DNA from: Bowdeniella nasicola
GTDB taxonomy: Bacteria > Actinomycetota > Actinomycetes > Actinomycetales > Actinomycetaceae
NCBI GenBank assembly: GCA_030537655.1
Contig: JAUNVN010000001.1
Coordinates: 1-35,984 of the forward strand
Length of the DNA stretch: 35,984 nt
Direction: 5' to 3'
Shown: positions 1 through 9,464 of the stretch, piece after piece
Numbering within the stretch: position 1 is the first letter of the stretch
How the letters are laid out: each line of letters opens with the position of its first letter
The notes under the pieces: generated by a model
What the model saw: only the letters and a program-made list of their open reading frames with translations
Told to the model about the DNA's origin: nothing
Database searches by the model: none
Position numbers and translations under genes: made by a program

Positions 1-252
1 CGTGATCTCTGCCAATTGTTCTTCTGGCATCGGATCCATCTCGTGACCGGCAATGGTGATATCAGCAATGATCGCGTCCATATCGTGGTCATAATTCGCT
101 TCACTACTCGCACTCGCACTCGCAGTGCTGGTGGTAGCCTCACTGGTCGGTGCGACCGGCGTTGGGTCTTGGCTATCGCCGCAACCGGCGAGCGCGAGTG
201 CCGCGGTGCAGGCCAGGGCCGCACCTGCGCGGCGCCAAGTGAAAGTGGTCAT
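1..252 (-). CDS. Lipoprotein of unknown function, 3' end truncated by the window edge (not in ORF track)
   Basis: ATG at 252 after a GGAG RBS. Translates MTTFTWRRAGAALACTAALALAGC-GDSQDPTPVAPTSEATTSTASASAS...: basic N-region, hydrophobic core, lipobox LAGC, then a S/T/A/P-rich linker. Open to position 1. Confidence 0.8.
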   Translation of the reverse strand, partial: MTTFTWRRAGAALACTAALALAGCGDSQDPTPVAPTSEATTSTASASASSEANYDHDMDAIIADITIAGHEMDPMPEEQLAEIT

Positions 253-381
253 GGGAAACTCCTTACCCAAAATTGGTGGCCAACTGGGTGCTGACCTGCG
301 GTGTGTTCTCAGTACACCACGGATTGGGCGGTTGGAAACGCGTGATATGGCAGTTGTTATCGGTCTGTAATATCCACGGCG

Positions 382-1947
382 CTAACATTCCACGACGTTG
401 ACCGCAAGACCCCCTCGTGAGGTTTCTTTATATTTTGAGAGCATATCTTCGCCGGTTTGCCGCATTGTTTCAATGACGGTATCCAGGCTGACCGTATGAC
501 GTCCGTCGCCCCACAGTGCCATCCGCGCGGCGTTAATGGATTTCATTGCCCCGATCGCATTGCGTTCGATACACGGGATCTGCACCAGGCCCCCCACCGG
601 ATCGCAGGTAAGTCCGAGATTGTGTTCCATCGCGATTTCAGCGGCATTTTCGACCTGCAGGGGGGTGCCCCCCAACGCCTCGCACAGCCCCGCGGCCGCC
701 ATGGCACTGGCAGAGCCAACTTCCCCCTGGCAACCAACTTCGGCACCAGCAATGGAGGCATTTGTTTTAATCAGTGCGCCAATTGCGGTAGCGGCCAGGA
801 GGAATCGGCGCACACCAGCGCGGTCCGCCTGGGGAATAAAGACGGTGTAATACTTGATCACAGCCGGCACAATTCCAGCCGCCCCGTTGGTTGGGGCGGT
901 CACAACGCGATGACCAGCAGCGTTTTCTTCATTGACCGCCAACGCGTAGAGATTCACCCAGTCAACTGCGCGAAGTGGGTCATCCCCGTGCCCCATCGAA
1001 CCCACCGGTGCCTCACGCGCAAGTTCGTCGTGCAACCGTTTGGCGCGGCGAGGCACCAGCAGTCCTCCCGGTAAAATCCCATCGGTAGCGCACCCGGAGG
1101 CAATGCACTCATCCATCGCATCCCAAATGGCGTCAAGGTGCTTATTGACCTGGTGCCGATCGGCTGCACTTTCTTCATTAGCGCGCACCAGCTCCGAAAT
1201 ACGCAGCTCATGCGTGCGACACAATTCAAGGAGCTCATCGGCGCTGGCAAACGGATAGGGTGCGGGTTCTATGACCTGCAGCTCTTCCGTTTCGTGTTCT
1301 AGTGGCCGCACGTGGGTGACATGATCGCGCTGTTGGCTGGCAGAGAGCTCCTGCGCGGGAACTTCTTCCACCACGAACCCGCCGCCGACCGAGTAGTAGG
1401 TGCGCTGAAGGAGTGGTCCACTTGCACCCAGCAACGTGAAGGTGAGGGCGTTGACGTGATAATCCAATACGGTCTCGGCCTTGAGTAACACATCAGCCTC
1501 AGGATCAAACGCAACGGGGATTTCACCACCGAGATAAAGGGGCGCACCGCTGCGGATGCGCGGCACGAGCTGGTGGACCACATCCATCGGCACATCACTG
1601 GGATTGAACCCGGCCAGCCCCCACACCACAGCCCGATCGGTGGCGTGTCCACGACCGGTGGCACCAAGGGAACCGAACAGCTCAACGCGCACGCCTGTGC
1701 TCTCGCGCACCTGCGGGTGGGTTAGGCAGGTATCGGCAAAGGCTTTGCCCGCTTTCATCGGACCGACTGTATGGGAAGAGGAAGGACCGAGCCCGATGGA
1801 GAACAAATCCGTTACCGACAGGGGTCTGGGTGCCTCACTGGGTGCGGTTGCTCCGGCGTACAGCGTTGCGGCACTGCCCCCTTGGTCGACGCGTGCCGGT
1901 CCGGGCATCACCGTGGTGTTCTCGGCGCTTTCGTCGTTCTCCATCAC
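382..1947 (-). CDS. sdaA: L-serine ammonia-lyase (Fe-S dependent, single chain)
   Basis: Motifs GLGPSSSHTVGPM, GSLGATGRGHATD, VTAPTNGAAG, GAEVGCQGEVG, LGLTCDPVGGLVQIPCIERNA and KYKETSRGGLA. AAGGA RBS; start is GTG 1947 or the adjacent ATG 1944. Confidence 0.95.
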   Translation of the reverse strand: MMENDESAENTTVMPGPARVDQGGSAATLYAGATAPSEAPRPLSVTDLFSIGLGPSSSHTVGPMKAGKAFADTCLTHPQVRESTGVRVELFGSLGATGRGHATDRAVVWGLAGFNPSDVPMDVVHQLVPRIRSGAPLYLGGEIPVAFDPEADVLLKAETVLDYHVNALTFTLLGASGPLLQRTYYSVGGGFVVEEVPAQELSASQQRDHVTHVRPLEHETEELQVIEPAPYPFASADELLELCRTHELRISELVRANEESAADRHQVNKHLDAIWDAMDECIASGCATDGILPGGLLVPRRAKRLHDELAREAPVGSMGHGDDPLRAVDWVNLYALAVNEENAAGHRVVTAPTNGAAGIVPAVIKYYTVFIPQADRAGVRRFLLAATAIGALIKTNASIAGAEVGCQGEVGSASAMAAAGLCEALGGTPLQVENAAEIAMEHNLGLTCDPVGGLVQIPCIERNAIGAMKSINAARMALWGDGRHTVSLDTVIETMRQTGEDMLSKYKETSRGGLAVNVVEC

Positions 1948-2129
1948 CGATCCTTACTCATCAAACACCTTGGTATCGTCACACAGATTACCTTCCTCAA
2001 GCAATTGTCACTGATCACAGCGTCATCACCCCCGACGGCCCGCCGTGCCCGCTAGCATGAGAAAAAATGCCGCATCGGCCAGCGGCCATCTCCCATGGTC
2101 CCACGTGGTGTGGCTGAGAAAGGAGTGCG

Positions 2130-2795
2130 ATGAGCAGGCGGGTATTGGTGCTGTGCGCGATGGCTGAAGAGGCCGCTGCATTTCATAGCGGTGACACCCC
2201 CGTGAGTTGGCGAGTGGTGACCACCGGGATCGGTACGGTCAACGCTGCGATAAGCGCCACCGAACACATCTTGGAATACGATCCCACATTGGTGATTTCT
2301 GCCGGTAGTGCCGGCGGGTTGGGTGCCGGGGTAGCCATCGGTGATGTGGTGGTGGGTTCTGCCTATCGCTATCACAGTGCCGATGCGAGCGCATTTGGTT
2401 ACGAACCCGGACAGATCCCGCAGATGCCCAGCTGCTATGGCGCAACGCATGAAATCCTCACGCGGGCCCGCAACCACCAGCACGAGACAACGCCCGGTGG
2501 GCCGCGGCTGCATATCGGGGAGATTGTCTCCGGTGATGCCTTTGTTACCGCCGACCAGGTCGATCGGGTGCGGGAAACCTTTCCCCTAGCGCTTGCCACC
2601 GATATGGAATCGGCAGCAATTGCCCAGACCTGTCACCGCCTGGAGGTTCCCTTTGTGTCAATCCGTGCGATTTCAGATCTGTGTGATGGTTCAGCTTCCA
2701 CCTCATTTCATCTGACGTTGGAAGAAGTGGCGGTGCGTGCAGCCCAGTGGACCCTCACGCTCGCCAATCCGCAGCCGATGGACCAAGTAGTGTAA
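2130..2795 (+). CDS. mtnN: 5'-methylthioadenosine/S-adenosylhomocysteine nucleosidase
   Basis: Motifs AMAEEA, TGIGTVNAA, SAGSAGG, IGDVVVG, SGDAFV, DMESAAIAQ and IRAISD. GAAAGGAG RBS. Confidence 0.92.
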   Translation: MSRRVLVLCAMAEEAAAFHSGDTPVSWRVVTTGIGTVNAAISATEHILEYDPTLVISAGSAGGLGAGVAIGDVVVGSAYRYHSADASAFGYEPGQIPQMPSCYGATHEILTRARNHQHETTPGGPRLHIGEIVSGDAFVTADQVDRVRETFPLALATDMESAAIAQTCHRLEVPFVSIRAISDLCDGSASTSFHLTLEEVAVRAAQWTLTLANPQPMDQVV

Positions 2796-2804
2796 TTCGC
2801 CAAA

Positions 2805-2834
2805 CCAGCGGCTGGCACGCATGCCAGCCGCTGG
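2805..2834. terminator. Hairpin between convergent genes, probable bidirectional terminator
   Basis: Perfect 13-bp stem CCAGCGGCTGGCA-cgca-TGCCAGCCGCTGG between the stops of mtnN and the ABC permease. Confidence 0.75.
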
Positions 2835-2839
2835 CTGAT

Positions 2840-5335
2840 TTAGTCCGTAACGAGCGCTTGAACCGGGGTGGCTTTTGCCGCGCGGCGCGCTGGGAAGCGT
2901 GAGGCGAGGATCGCGGCGAGCAGTGCCCCGCCGATGATGGAGATCACCCAGCCCCACGGGATGGAAAGCGGCATCGCAACCTCCATTTCTCCGCCCACGG
3001 CGCGCGCTCCGGCCCAGGCTTCAAAGATCCCAAGTGCCAAGCCGATGATGAGGGCGCTGGTCGCAATCAAGATTGCCTCCCAGGTGAGCATCCGTTTCAT
3101 ATCCCGGCGCGTGAATCCAAGTGCCCGGAGCAATCCGGATTCTTGGCGGCGTTCCATCACCGATAGCGACAGCGTATTGGATACCCCAACCACGGCGATC
3201 ACCACCGAGGCGGCAAGCAGCGCGAGGATGAAGTACATCAAATTGGTGAGCACATAGGTGTAGGTGATGCGGTCCCCAGCCTGCGCAATAACGTTGAATT
3301 CGCCATTGACCTGTTCAATCTTGTTGATCAACCGGGTGAATTCTGTTGGGTTGAGATCGTCACTAATCTGGACCACCACCGCACTGTCTGCCAGTGGCAG
3401 ATCGGCAAGATCATCAGGGTGCATCCACACGGTCCCCTCGGTGATACCGCGGTGCACAATCGTGTCGCATTCGAGGTGTCCACCAGCAGGGGTCGAAAAT
3501 GTCAGGTGGGTGTTGGGCTCATATTCCGCACTGAGACACGCTCCGGGGGCAACCGCGGTGAGCTGGCCGCGAATATGGTTGTTCACATCCGGGTCGTATG
3601 CCAGCACCATCATATTGAATTCGCTGGCCTCATCCTCGCTCATCTCGTTGTGCATCGCGATTCCGCGCACCGGCCACACCCCGGTGACATCGTCAATAGC
3701 CGCGATTTTTTCGCGCTCAGCGGCACTAATCTCACTGGCAAAGACACTCACATCGATCGGGCGGGCGTGGTCCATCTCGGCGAGGATTCCCGTTTCAATG
3801 GATTGTTTACCAACCGCGACGGTGGAGACCAGTCCGATGCCAAGGACCAGTGCCATCACGGTCGAGGCGGTCCGACGCGGGTTGCGAGCAAGATTGGAGA
3901 CCGCCATTTCGGCGGGGGCACTGCCGCCCAGCAGCCGGCCGAGCCCGCGAATGAGGGGCGGGCAGATCACGCTGACAAACAGCAGCACGCCAACAAAGAA
4001 GACAATGCCGGAAAGCATCGCGATAAATACCTCAGTTTGTGCGAGACCGTAGCCAAGTCCTGCCAGGCCGAGCACCATGATGACAATGGCAAGGCCGGTA
4101 CGAACTTTTCCAGCCCGCTCGCGAATCGAAGTAAGTTCTGCCGGGCGAAGTGCTTCCAGGGGAGCGACCTTGGTGGCGCGCCGGCTCGGTGCCCACGCGC
4201 TGATCAGCGTCACCAATAGTCCAACAATAATACCGACGATCACCGGGATGGCCAGCAGGTCAACACTCGCGGTGACATTCAGCAGCGGCAGGGCGAAGAT
4301 CGCGATAATGACGGCAATGATCGCACCGATCACCGAGGCGATCAGGCCAAGCAGTAATGCTTCGAAGAGCACGAGGCGTTTAATTTGGCGCGTGGTCGCA
4401 CCGATACAGCGCAGCATCGCGAGTTCGCGGGTGCGTTGGACCACCAACACCTGGAAGGTGAGGGCAATGACGATTCCTGCGACAATCACGGCAATCGCAG
4501 CGAAAATGCCGATCACGGCGGTCAGCACGGTGCTGCCGGCTTTGAACTCTTCGACCGCGGTTTCGAGTTCTTCATCAACGGTGTGCACCTGCAGCGCAGC
4601 AGGATCGGCATTGCCGATGAGGTGAGCGTCCGTAATCGCCGATTGTGCGTCGGTTGCACTCACGCCATTCGCTTTGATGAGGATTTTCGTCCCCACCCCC
4701 CAGTAGCTCGCCCAGTCGCCAGCCTTGGCGGGGGTGACACTGGCATCAAACAGATCGGAAGACTGCGTGATACCGGTGACGGTGAGCGTGTCATCGTGGG
4801 GCGCTTCGGTTCCCATCCGCACCCCCGGTACCACCACCGAATCACCGACCGTGACCTTCAACGCCTCGGCTGTCACCTCGCTCAGGGCAATATCGTTGGC
4901 ACCACGGGGCATCGAACCTGCTGCCAACACACGATATTCAAGCTCGGATGGCAGGGCGGAACCAATTTGGGCCTGCACCTGATTGTCGCCATGTTTTAAG
5001 TCCACTACGCCGGTTTCATACACACTGGCGAGCGAGATTTCTGGCAGCTGAGCAATCTCATCTGCAATATCGATGCAAATCTGGTCGAGATCTGCTTCGC
5101 TCATCTCCATCCGCTCACTCTCACCGCGGTTTGCTGCAATATTCCAGCTGTCACAGGTGGCGACCACGTCGGCGTTTTTCATTGTCGCCGCCAGCGTGTT
5201 GACCACCGCGACATTCATGGCGCGCCCGAAGCCGAGCGTGAGGACCACGAAAATGGTGGAGATGATGATCGCAATCATGGTGGCGATCATCCGCCCGGGT
5301 TTGTGGCGCAATTGTGCAAATAGGACGTCATTCAT
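2840..5335 (-). CDS. ABC transporter permease, FtsX/MacB-like with two repeats
   Basis: Two FtsX-type motifs (QRTRELAMLRCIGAT and ERRQESGLLRALGFT) and C-terminal PARRAAKATPVQAL. Start moved to ATG 5335, just past the ATPase stop; the ORF track extends it to 5425. Confidence 0.88.
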   Translation of the reverse strand: MNDVLFAQLRHKPGRMIATMIAIIISTIFVVLTLGFGRAMNVAVVNTLAATMKNADVVATCDSWNIAANRGESERMEMSEADLDQICIDIADEIAQLPEISLASVYETGVVDLKHGDNQVQAQIGSALPSELEYRVLAAGSMPRGANDIALSEVTAEALKVTVGDSVVVPGVRMGTEAPHDDTLTVTGITQSSDLFDASVTPAKAGDWASYWGVGTKILIKANGVSATDAQSAITDAHLIGNADPAALQVHTVDEELETAVEEFKAGSTVLTAVIGIFAAIAVIVAGIVIALTFQVLVVQRTRELAMLRCIGATTRQIKRLVLFEALLLGLIASVIGAIIAVIIAIFALPLLNVTASVDLLAIPVIVGIIVGLLVTLISAWAPSRRATKVAPLEALRPAELTSIRERAGKVRTGLAIVIMVLGLAGLGYGLAQTEVFIAMLSGIVFFVGVLLFVSVICPPLIRGLGRLLGGSAPAEMAVSNLARNPRRTASTVMALVLGIGLVSTVAVGKQSIETGILAEMDHARPIDVSVFASEISAAEREKIAAIDDVTGVWPVRGIAMHNEMSEDEASEFNMMVLAYDPDVNNHIRGQLTAVAPGACLSAEYEPNTHLTFSTPAGGHLECDTIVHRGITEGTVWMHPDDLADLPLADSAVVVQISDDLNPTEFTRLINKIEQVNGEFNVIAQAGDRITYTYVLTNLMYFILALLAASVVIAVVGVSNTLSLSVMERRQESGLLRALGFTRRDMKRMLTWEAILIATSALIIGLALGIFEAWAGARAVGGEMEVAMPLSIPWGWVISIIGGALLAAILASRFPARRAAKATPVQALVTD

Positions 5336-5339
5336 GATG

Positions 5340-6050
5340 TTAGGCCCCCTTGAGAGCACTGTCGGCGATAATGCGACCATCTTGCATTTCGATGATGCGA
5401 TCGCCGTATGCGGCAGCTTCATCATCGTGGGTGACCATCACGACCGTTTGGCCGAGGTTACGCACCGCATCGCGCAGCAGACCCAGGACTTCCGCTGAGG
5501 CTTTTGTATCGAGATTGCCGGTTGGTTCGTCGGCGATCAGCACCGCGGGACGGTTCAGCAGTGCGCGCGCCACGGCGACGCGCTGTTGTTGCCCACCCGA
5601 CATTTCATAGGGACGGTGGGAGAGGCGATCACTGAGGCCGAGCGCGCCAGTGAGGTCGTTAAACCACTGCCGGTCCACTTTGCCGCCGGCCATTTTTGTT
5701 GGCAGCAAAATATTTTGTTCCGCAGTCATAGTTGGCAGGAGGTTAAAGGCTTGGAAAACAAATCCAATATGATCCCGACGGAAATGTGACAGGGTTTTGT
5801 CATCCATCTCGGTGATTGTTTCTCCCGCGACGACCACCTCACCCGACGTTGCGGAATCCAGGCCAGCGATCAGGTGGAGCAGCGTGGATTTACCCGAACC
5901 ACTTGGGCCCATCACACAGGTAAATTGGCCGCCGTATATCTGTACGGACACCTCATTTACGGCGGTCACCTGTGCGGAACCGGTGCCATACACTTTCGTC
6001 ACGCCCATCGTTTCAATTGCAGCGCGGTGGTCAGTCATCTGTGTTGTCAT
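5340..6050 (-). CDS. ABC transporter ATP-binding protein, LolD/MacB-like
   Basis: Walker A GPSGSGKST, signature MSGGQQQRV, ADEPTGNLD and MVTHD. GGAGGT RBS before ATG 6050. Confidence 0.92.
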   Translation of the reverse strand: MTTQMTDHRAAIETMGVTKVYGTGSAQVTAVNEVSVQIYGGQFTCVMGPSGSGKSTLLHLIAGLDSATSGEVVVAGETITEMDDKTLSHFRRDHIGFVFQAFNLLPTMTAEQNILLPTKMAGGKVDRQWFNDLTGALGLSDRLSHRPYEMSGGQQQRVAVARALLNRPAVLIADEPTGNLDTKASAEVLGLLRDAVRNLGQTVVMVTHDDEAAAYGDRIIEMQDGRIIADSALKGA

Positions 6051-6193
6051 ACCTCCACTATGAAGGTGTCGCACACCTCGTGCATCGGCCCCATGCACCA
6101 GCGGTGGGTGACGGTCGTGCTACTTGCGGAGGAGAGTTTCTCCCTCAATCTGCTCACGATAGGATCGGGCCAGATCCACGATCAGGAGATGTT

Positions 6194-6988
6194 ATGACCG
6201 CGCCGCAAAACCCCGATTCGTCCCCCGTGCCCGCCCCGGCTCGCTCACCGTTGGTGATCGTCTTGCTGGTGCTCCTTGGGATGTTACTGGTAGGAGTGGG
6301 CTTTTTTATCGGCCGTCTTGCCTCCACTGGCTCTCAGACGGCCACTCCCACCCCAGCTGTGACCACCTCGAATGATCCGGGCGCTGACAGCGGTCACGAG
6401 GGCCCTGCACCGGAGACGAGTCTCGATCCGGAAATTCTCGAGCTGGTTCGCGCCCAGGTGAAACGAGATCCGGATGATCCCTTCGCGCGCGGCGAGGTGG
6501 ATGCGCCGGTGGTAATGGTGGAGTATTCCGACTTTTCCTGCCCCTTTTGCGCCCAGTTCGCCACCCAGACAATGCCCGAGCTAGAACCCTATATTGCCGA
6601 GGGTACCCTGCGGGTTGAGTGGCGGGACTTGGCGCTCTTCCCGGAGGGGCAACACAGCGCCGCCGCCGCGCACGCCGCGGCCCAACAGGGAAAATTTTGG
6701 GAGTTTCACGATCTTATTTTCGCTGACCACTCCGGTCAGGGACATCCCAGCTATGACGTTGATGCATACGTTGAATTTGCGCGTCAGGCTGGCGTGAGCG
6801 ACCTGGAGGCCTTTCGCGCCGATGTGCAAGACGACACCTACCTTGACGATGTGCGAGCCGCGACCGATACGACCATGATGTCCTTAGGGCTGCGCGGCAC
6901 CCCCGCATTCATTATCAACGACCAGGTCATCTCAGGGGCCCAACCACTGGAAGTCTTCATCGATGCAATCGAAAGTCAAAAACCCTAA
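6194..6988 (+). CDS. Membrane-anchored DsbA-family thiol-disulfide oxidoreductase
   Basis: AGGAG RBS before ATG 6194. N-terminal TM helix, EYSDFSCPFC active site, KFWEFHD, GTPAF cis-Pro loop and GAQP. Confidence 0.88.
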   Translation: MTAPQNPDSSPVPAPARSPLVIVLLVLLGMLLVGVGFFIGRLASTGSQTATPTPAVTTSNDPGADSGHEGPAPETSLDPEILELVRAQVKRDPDDPFARGEVDAPVVMVEYSDFSCPFCAQFATQTMPELEPYIAEGTLRVEWRDLALFPEGQHSAAAAHAAAQQGKFWEFHDLIFADHSGQGHPSYDVDAYVEFARQAGVSDLEAFRADVQDDTYLDDVRAATDTTMMSLGLRGTPAFIINDQVISGAQPLEVFIDAIESQKP

Positions 6989-7464
6989 CCGGTGACATAC
7001 CTAGCCACCATCGGCACGGCAAGGATGAGATAGAAACGCAACCAGCGGCCGGCAAATGAGGCGGTGGCAAATTCCCACCAACGCTGGCCCACACTCGGGG
7101 CAACCAGCGGCATGAGCGCATAGGGCGGTAGGGAAATAGCCGCGGCGGAAAAACTGATCACCCACCCGGTTGGGCCACGGAGATATGTCACCAGCGGGGA
7201 ATTATTCCACCGCCGTGCCCGCGCGCGCGTTGCGGCGCTCACTCGGGCGGTAAGCCAGGCGTGTAACCGCCGATTTGTGATCAATCCGGCCGCCAGCGCG
7301 TAGTGCCCACCTTTGCCGAGTGTATGGGTGGCCGCGCAGATCGCAGCCAGTGCCCACGCGGGAACCTCCGCCAGGCCGCCACCGGCCAGCAGTACGACTT
7401 CGATAGGAAGGAACACCACGAGCGCAGCAAGCAGGGAGGTGACGGCCAGCGTTGCGGTAATCAC
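6985..7464 (-). CDS. Small membrane protein, possibly DedA/VTT (YqaA-like)
   Basis: Hydrophobic throughout, with FLPIE, TLGK, SLPP and FATASFAGRWLRF segments reminiscent of VTT proteins. GTGA start/stop overlap with modBC. Confidence 0.6.
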   Translation of the reverse strand: MITATLAVTSLLAALVVFLPIEVVLLAGGGLAEVPAWALAAICAATHTLGKGGHYALAAGLITNRRLHAWLTARVSAATRARARRWNNSPLVTYLRGPTGWVISFSAAAISLPPYALMPLVAPSVGQRWWEFATASFAGRWLRFYLILAVPMVARYVTG

Positions 7465-9428
7465 GGGCGGGCAACCACGCTCACCTCAGCGGCTTTGATC
7501 ACCGCATGCATCCACACACCAATATCGATCCCGAGTTTTTGGACCGATCCGACGGTGAGATCCGCAGACATGAAAATGTCGGTGTCGCGGATACGAAGTG
7601 AGACGCGAACGAGTTGACCGGCTTGTTCAACTCCCATCACCCGTACCGCAAAGACATTTCGAGGTGAGCCCTGTGGGGTTTGGTCTTGGGGGTAGAGCGA
7701 CACGGCTGCGGGCGCGAAGAGTGCAACCGCACCGGTACCGTCCGCCAGTGGTTCTGCCGCCACTCCCACCAGCTCTGCTGCACCGCACCGAATTGCAACC
7801 AGCTCATCGGCGGTGATGTCACTGACCTGACCAACCGCCATATTCATCCCGGCAAGCGCTGCGGCGAAGGGGGTACGTGGGCGAGAAAGAACCTCGTGGG
7901 TTTCCCCCTCTTCAACCACTTTGCCCTCATCGAGAACCACCACGCGGGTGGCCAGGCGTGCCACATCCAAGAGATTATGGGTGACAATCACCGCGGTAGT
8001 TGCCCCGTTGGCAAACCGCGCCGCGAGGACGCGGCGCATATGAGCGGCGGCATCAACATCGAGGGCGGCCATGGGTTCATCGAGGAAGACCACGTGCGGA
8101 TTGGTGGCCAGCGCACGTGCGAGGGCAACGCGCGCTGCCTGTCCTCCCGACAGTTGCGCTGGTCGGCGATCAGCAAGGTGGGCGGCACCAACCGCGGCGA
8201 GTTCATCGTCCGCGCGGGCCCGTGCCTGCGCTTTTGCCATCCCGCGAGAACGTAACCCAAAGGCCACATTGTCACGTGCTGACAGATGCGGGAAGAGCAG
8301 TGGTTTTTGGGCGAGTAAGGCAATATTGCGTGCGTGTGGCGCAAGATTTGTCTCCTCACCTTGCAGCTGACGCCCACCGACGGTGACCTGCGAGCCGGGT
8401 GCGTTGAGCAGCCCGGTCATAATTTGCACACTGGTGGACTTACCGGAGCCATTTGGACCAAGCAGTGCCACCACTTCACCCGCGGGGATCTGCAGGTCAA
8501 CATCGAGGTGACGTTCGGCTAATGTCAGGTTGGCGGTAATCGCTTCGGCCGGTGGTTTTCCACCTGGTAGCACGGGGCGGTCCGGCGCGGGAGTGGGGGT
8601 GCGTTCATCGGATTCACACGGTTCAATGCGCCGGGGTGGGCGCGCTCCCTGATACTGCCAGGCGGTGACGGCCACCACCATGATGGCAACCACGATGAGC
8701 ACGGCCGCCAGTGCGAGCGCGATCTGCGGATCGGTTTCCCGCCGGAGGTAAATTTCCAACGGCATCGTGCGGGTGACACCTGACAGGGAACCCGCAAAGG
8801 TGAGGGTCGCTCCGAATTCACCGAGGGAGCGTGCCAGTGCCAGGGCGGTGCCCTGGGCGATCGCCGGCCAGACGAGCGGGAGAGTAACCCGGGTGAAAAT
8901 CCGGGTGGGCCGCGCCCCTAACGTGGCGGCGATGGCTTCATAACCGGCTTCACGTACCCGCAGTGCCCCCTGGAGTGCGACGATCAGAAATGGCATCGAC
9001 ACGAAGGTTTGCGCCATGATCACCGCGGTGGTGGTGAATCCAACCTCAATACCAATGTGACTGAGCCATGTCCCAACCAGGCCACGTCTTCCAAAGGTTT
9101 GCAAGAGGGCAAGACCGGCAACCACTGGCGGTAGTGCCATCGGCAGGAGCACGATGACGCGCGCAATTTTCACGCCGCGCCAAGTGCCCGCCAGCAACGT
9201 TGCGGTCGGAATTCCCAACAGGACCGCTAAGGCGGTGGAAATGAGGCAGGTTTTGAGTGACAGCCACAGGGCGGCTCGCGCATCTTCTTGGCTCATCAGC
9301 TGCGGGATTTCAGCGAAGGGCACGCGTGTGCCCAACCCGATCAGCGGAATAAGCAGCGCGAGCAGCCCCGCGACAGCCAGCAGGTAAATCCAGGCCGGGA
9401 GTCGGCCACGATACGTTGTCGTATCCAT
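7461..9428 (-). CDS. modBC: Fused molybdate ABC permease + ATPase + TOBE domains
   Basis: ModB motifs LPMALPPVVAG and ARSLGEFGATLTFAG. ATPase motifs GPNGSGKST, LSGGQ and LDEPMAALD. TOBE signature SPRNVF...IKA. Directly follows modA. Confidence 0.9.
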   Translation of the reverse strand: MDTTTYRGRLPAWIYLLAVAGLLALLIPLIGLGTRVPFAEIPQLMSQEDARAALWLSLKTCLISTALAVLLGIPTATLLAGTWRGVKIARVIVLLPMALPPVVAGLALLQTFGRRGLVGTWLSHIGIEVGFTTTAVIMAQTFVSMPFLIVALQGALRVREAGYEAIAATLGARPTRIFTRVTLPLVWPAIAQGTALALARSLGEFGATLTFAGSLSGVTRTMPLEIYLRRETDPQIALALAAVLIVVAIMVVAVTAWQYQGARPPRRIEPCESDERTPTPAPDRPVLPGGKPPAEAITANLTLAERHLDVDLQIPAGEVVALLGPNGSGKSTSVQIMTGLLNAPGSQVTVGGRQLQGEETNLAPHARNIALLAQKPLLFPHLSARDNVAFGLRSRGMAKAQARARADDELAAVGAAHLADRRPAQLSGGQAARVALARALATNPHVVFLDEPMAALDVDAAAHMRRVLAARFANGATTAVIVTHNLLDVARLATRVVVLDEGKVVEEGETHEVLSRPRTPFAAALAGMNMAVGQVSDITADELVAIRCGAAELVGVAAEPLADGTGAVALFAPAAVSLYPQDQTPQGSPRNVFAVRVMGVEQAGQLVRVSLRIRDTDIFMSADLTVGSVQKLGIDIGVWMHAVIKAAEVSVVARP

Positions 9429-9434
9429 GGTTGT

Positions 9435-9458
9435 TGGGGCAGGCTCCCGCCTGCCCCA
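9435..9458 (-). other. Intercistronic stem-loop between modA and modBC
   Basis: 10-bp perfect stem TGGGGCAGGC/GCCTGCCCCA with a GGGA loop on the mRNA strand. No U-tract. Confidence 0.7.
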
Positions 9459-9464
9459 CCGGAC

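Noticed and set aside
106-123. (ACTCGC)3 tandem repeat
   Set aside because: In-frame hexamer encoding an Ala-Ser linker of the lipoprotein. Too short for a contingency locus or CRISPR.
2868-5498. Long antisense and alternative-frame ORFs here and throughout the window (e.g. 3264-4052, 3419-4219, 14904-15575, 29449-30210)
   Set aside because: Shadow ORFs of GC-rich genes with clear family motifs on the other strand. They have no motifs or RBSs of their own.
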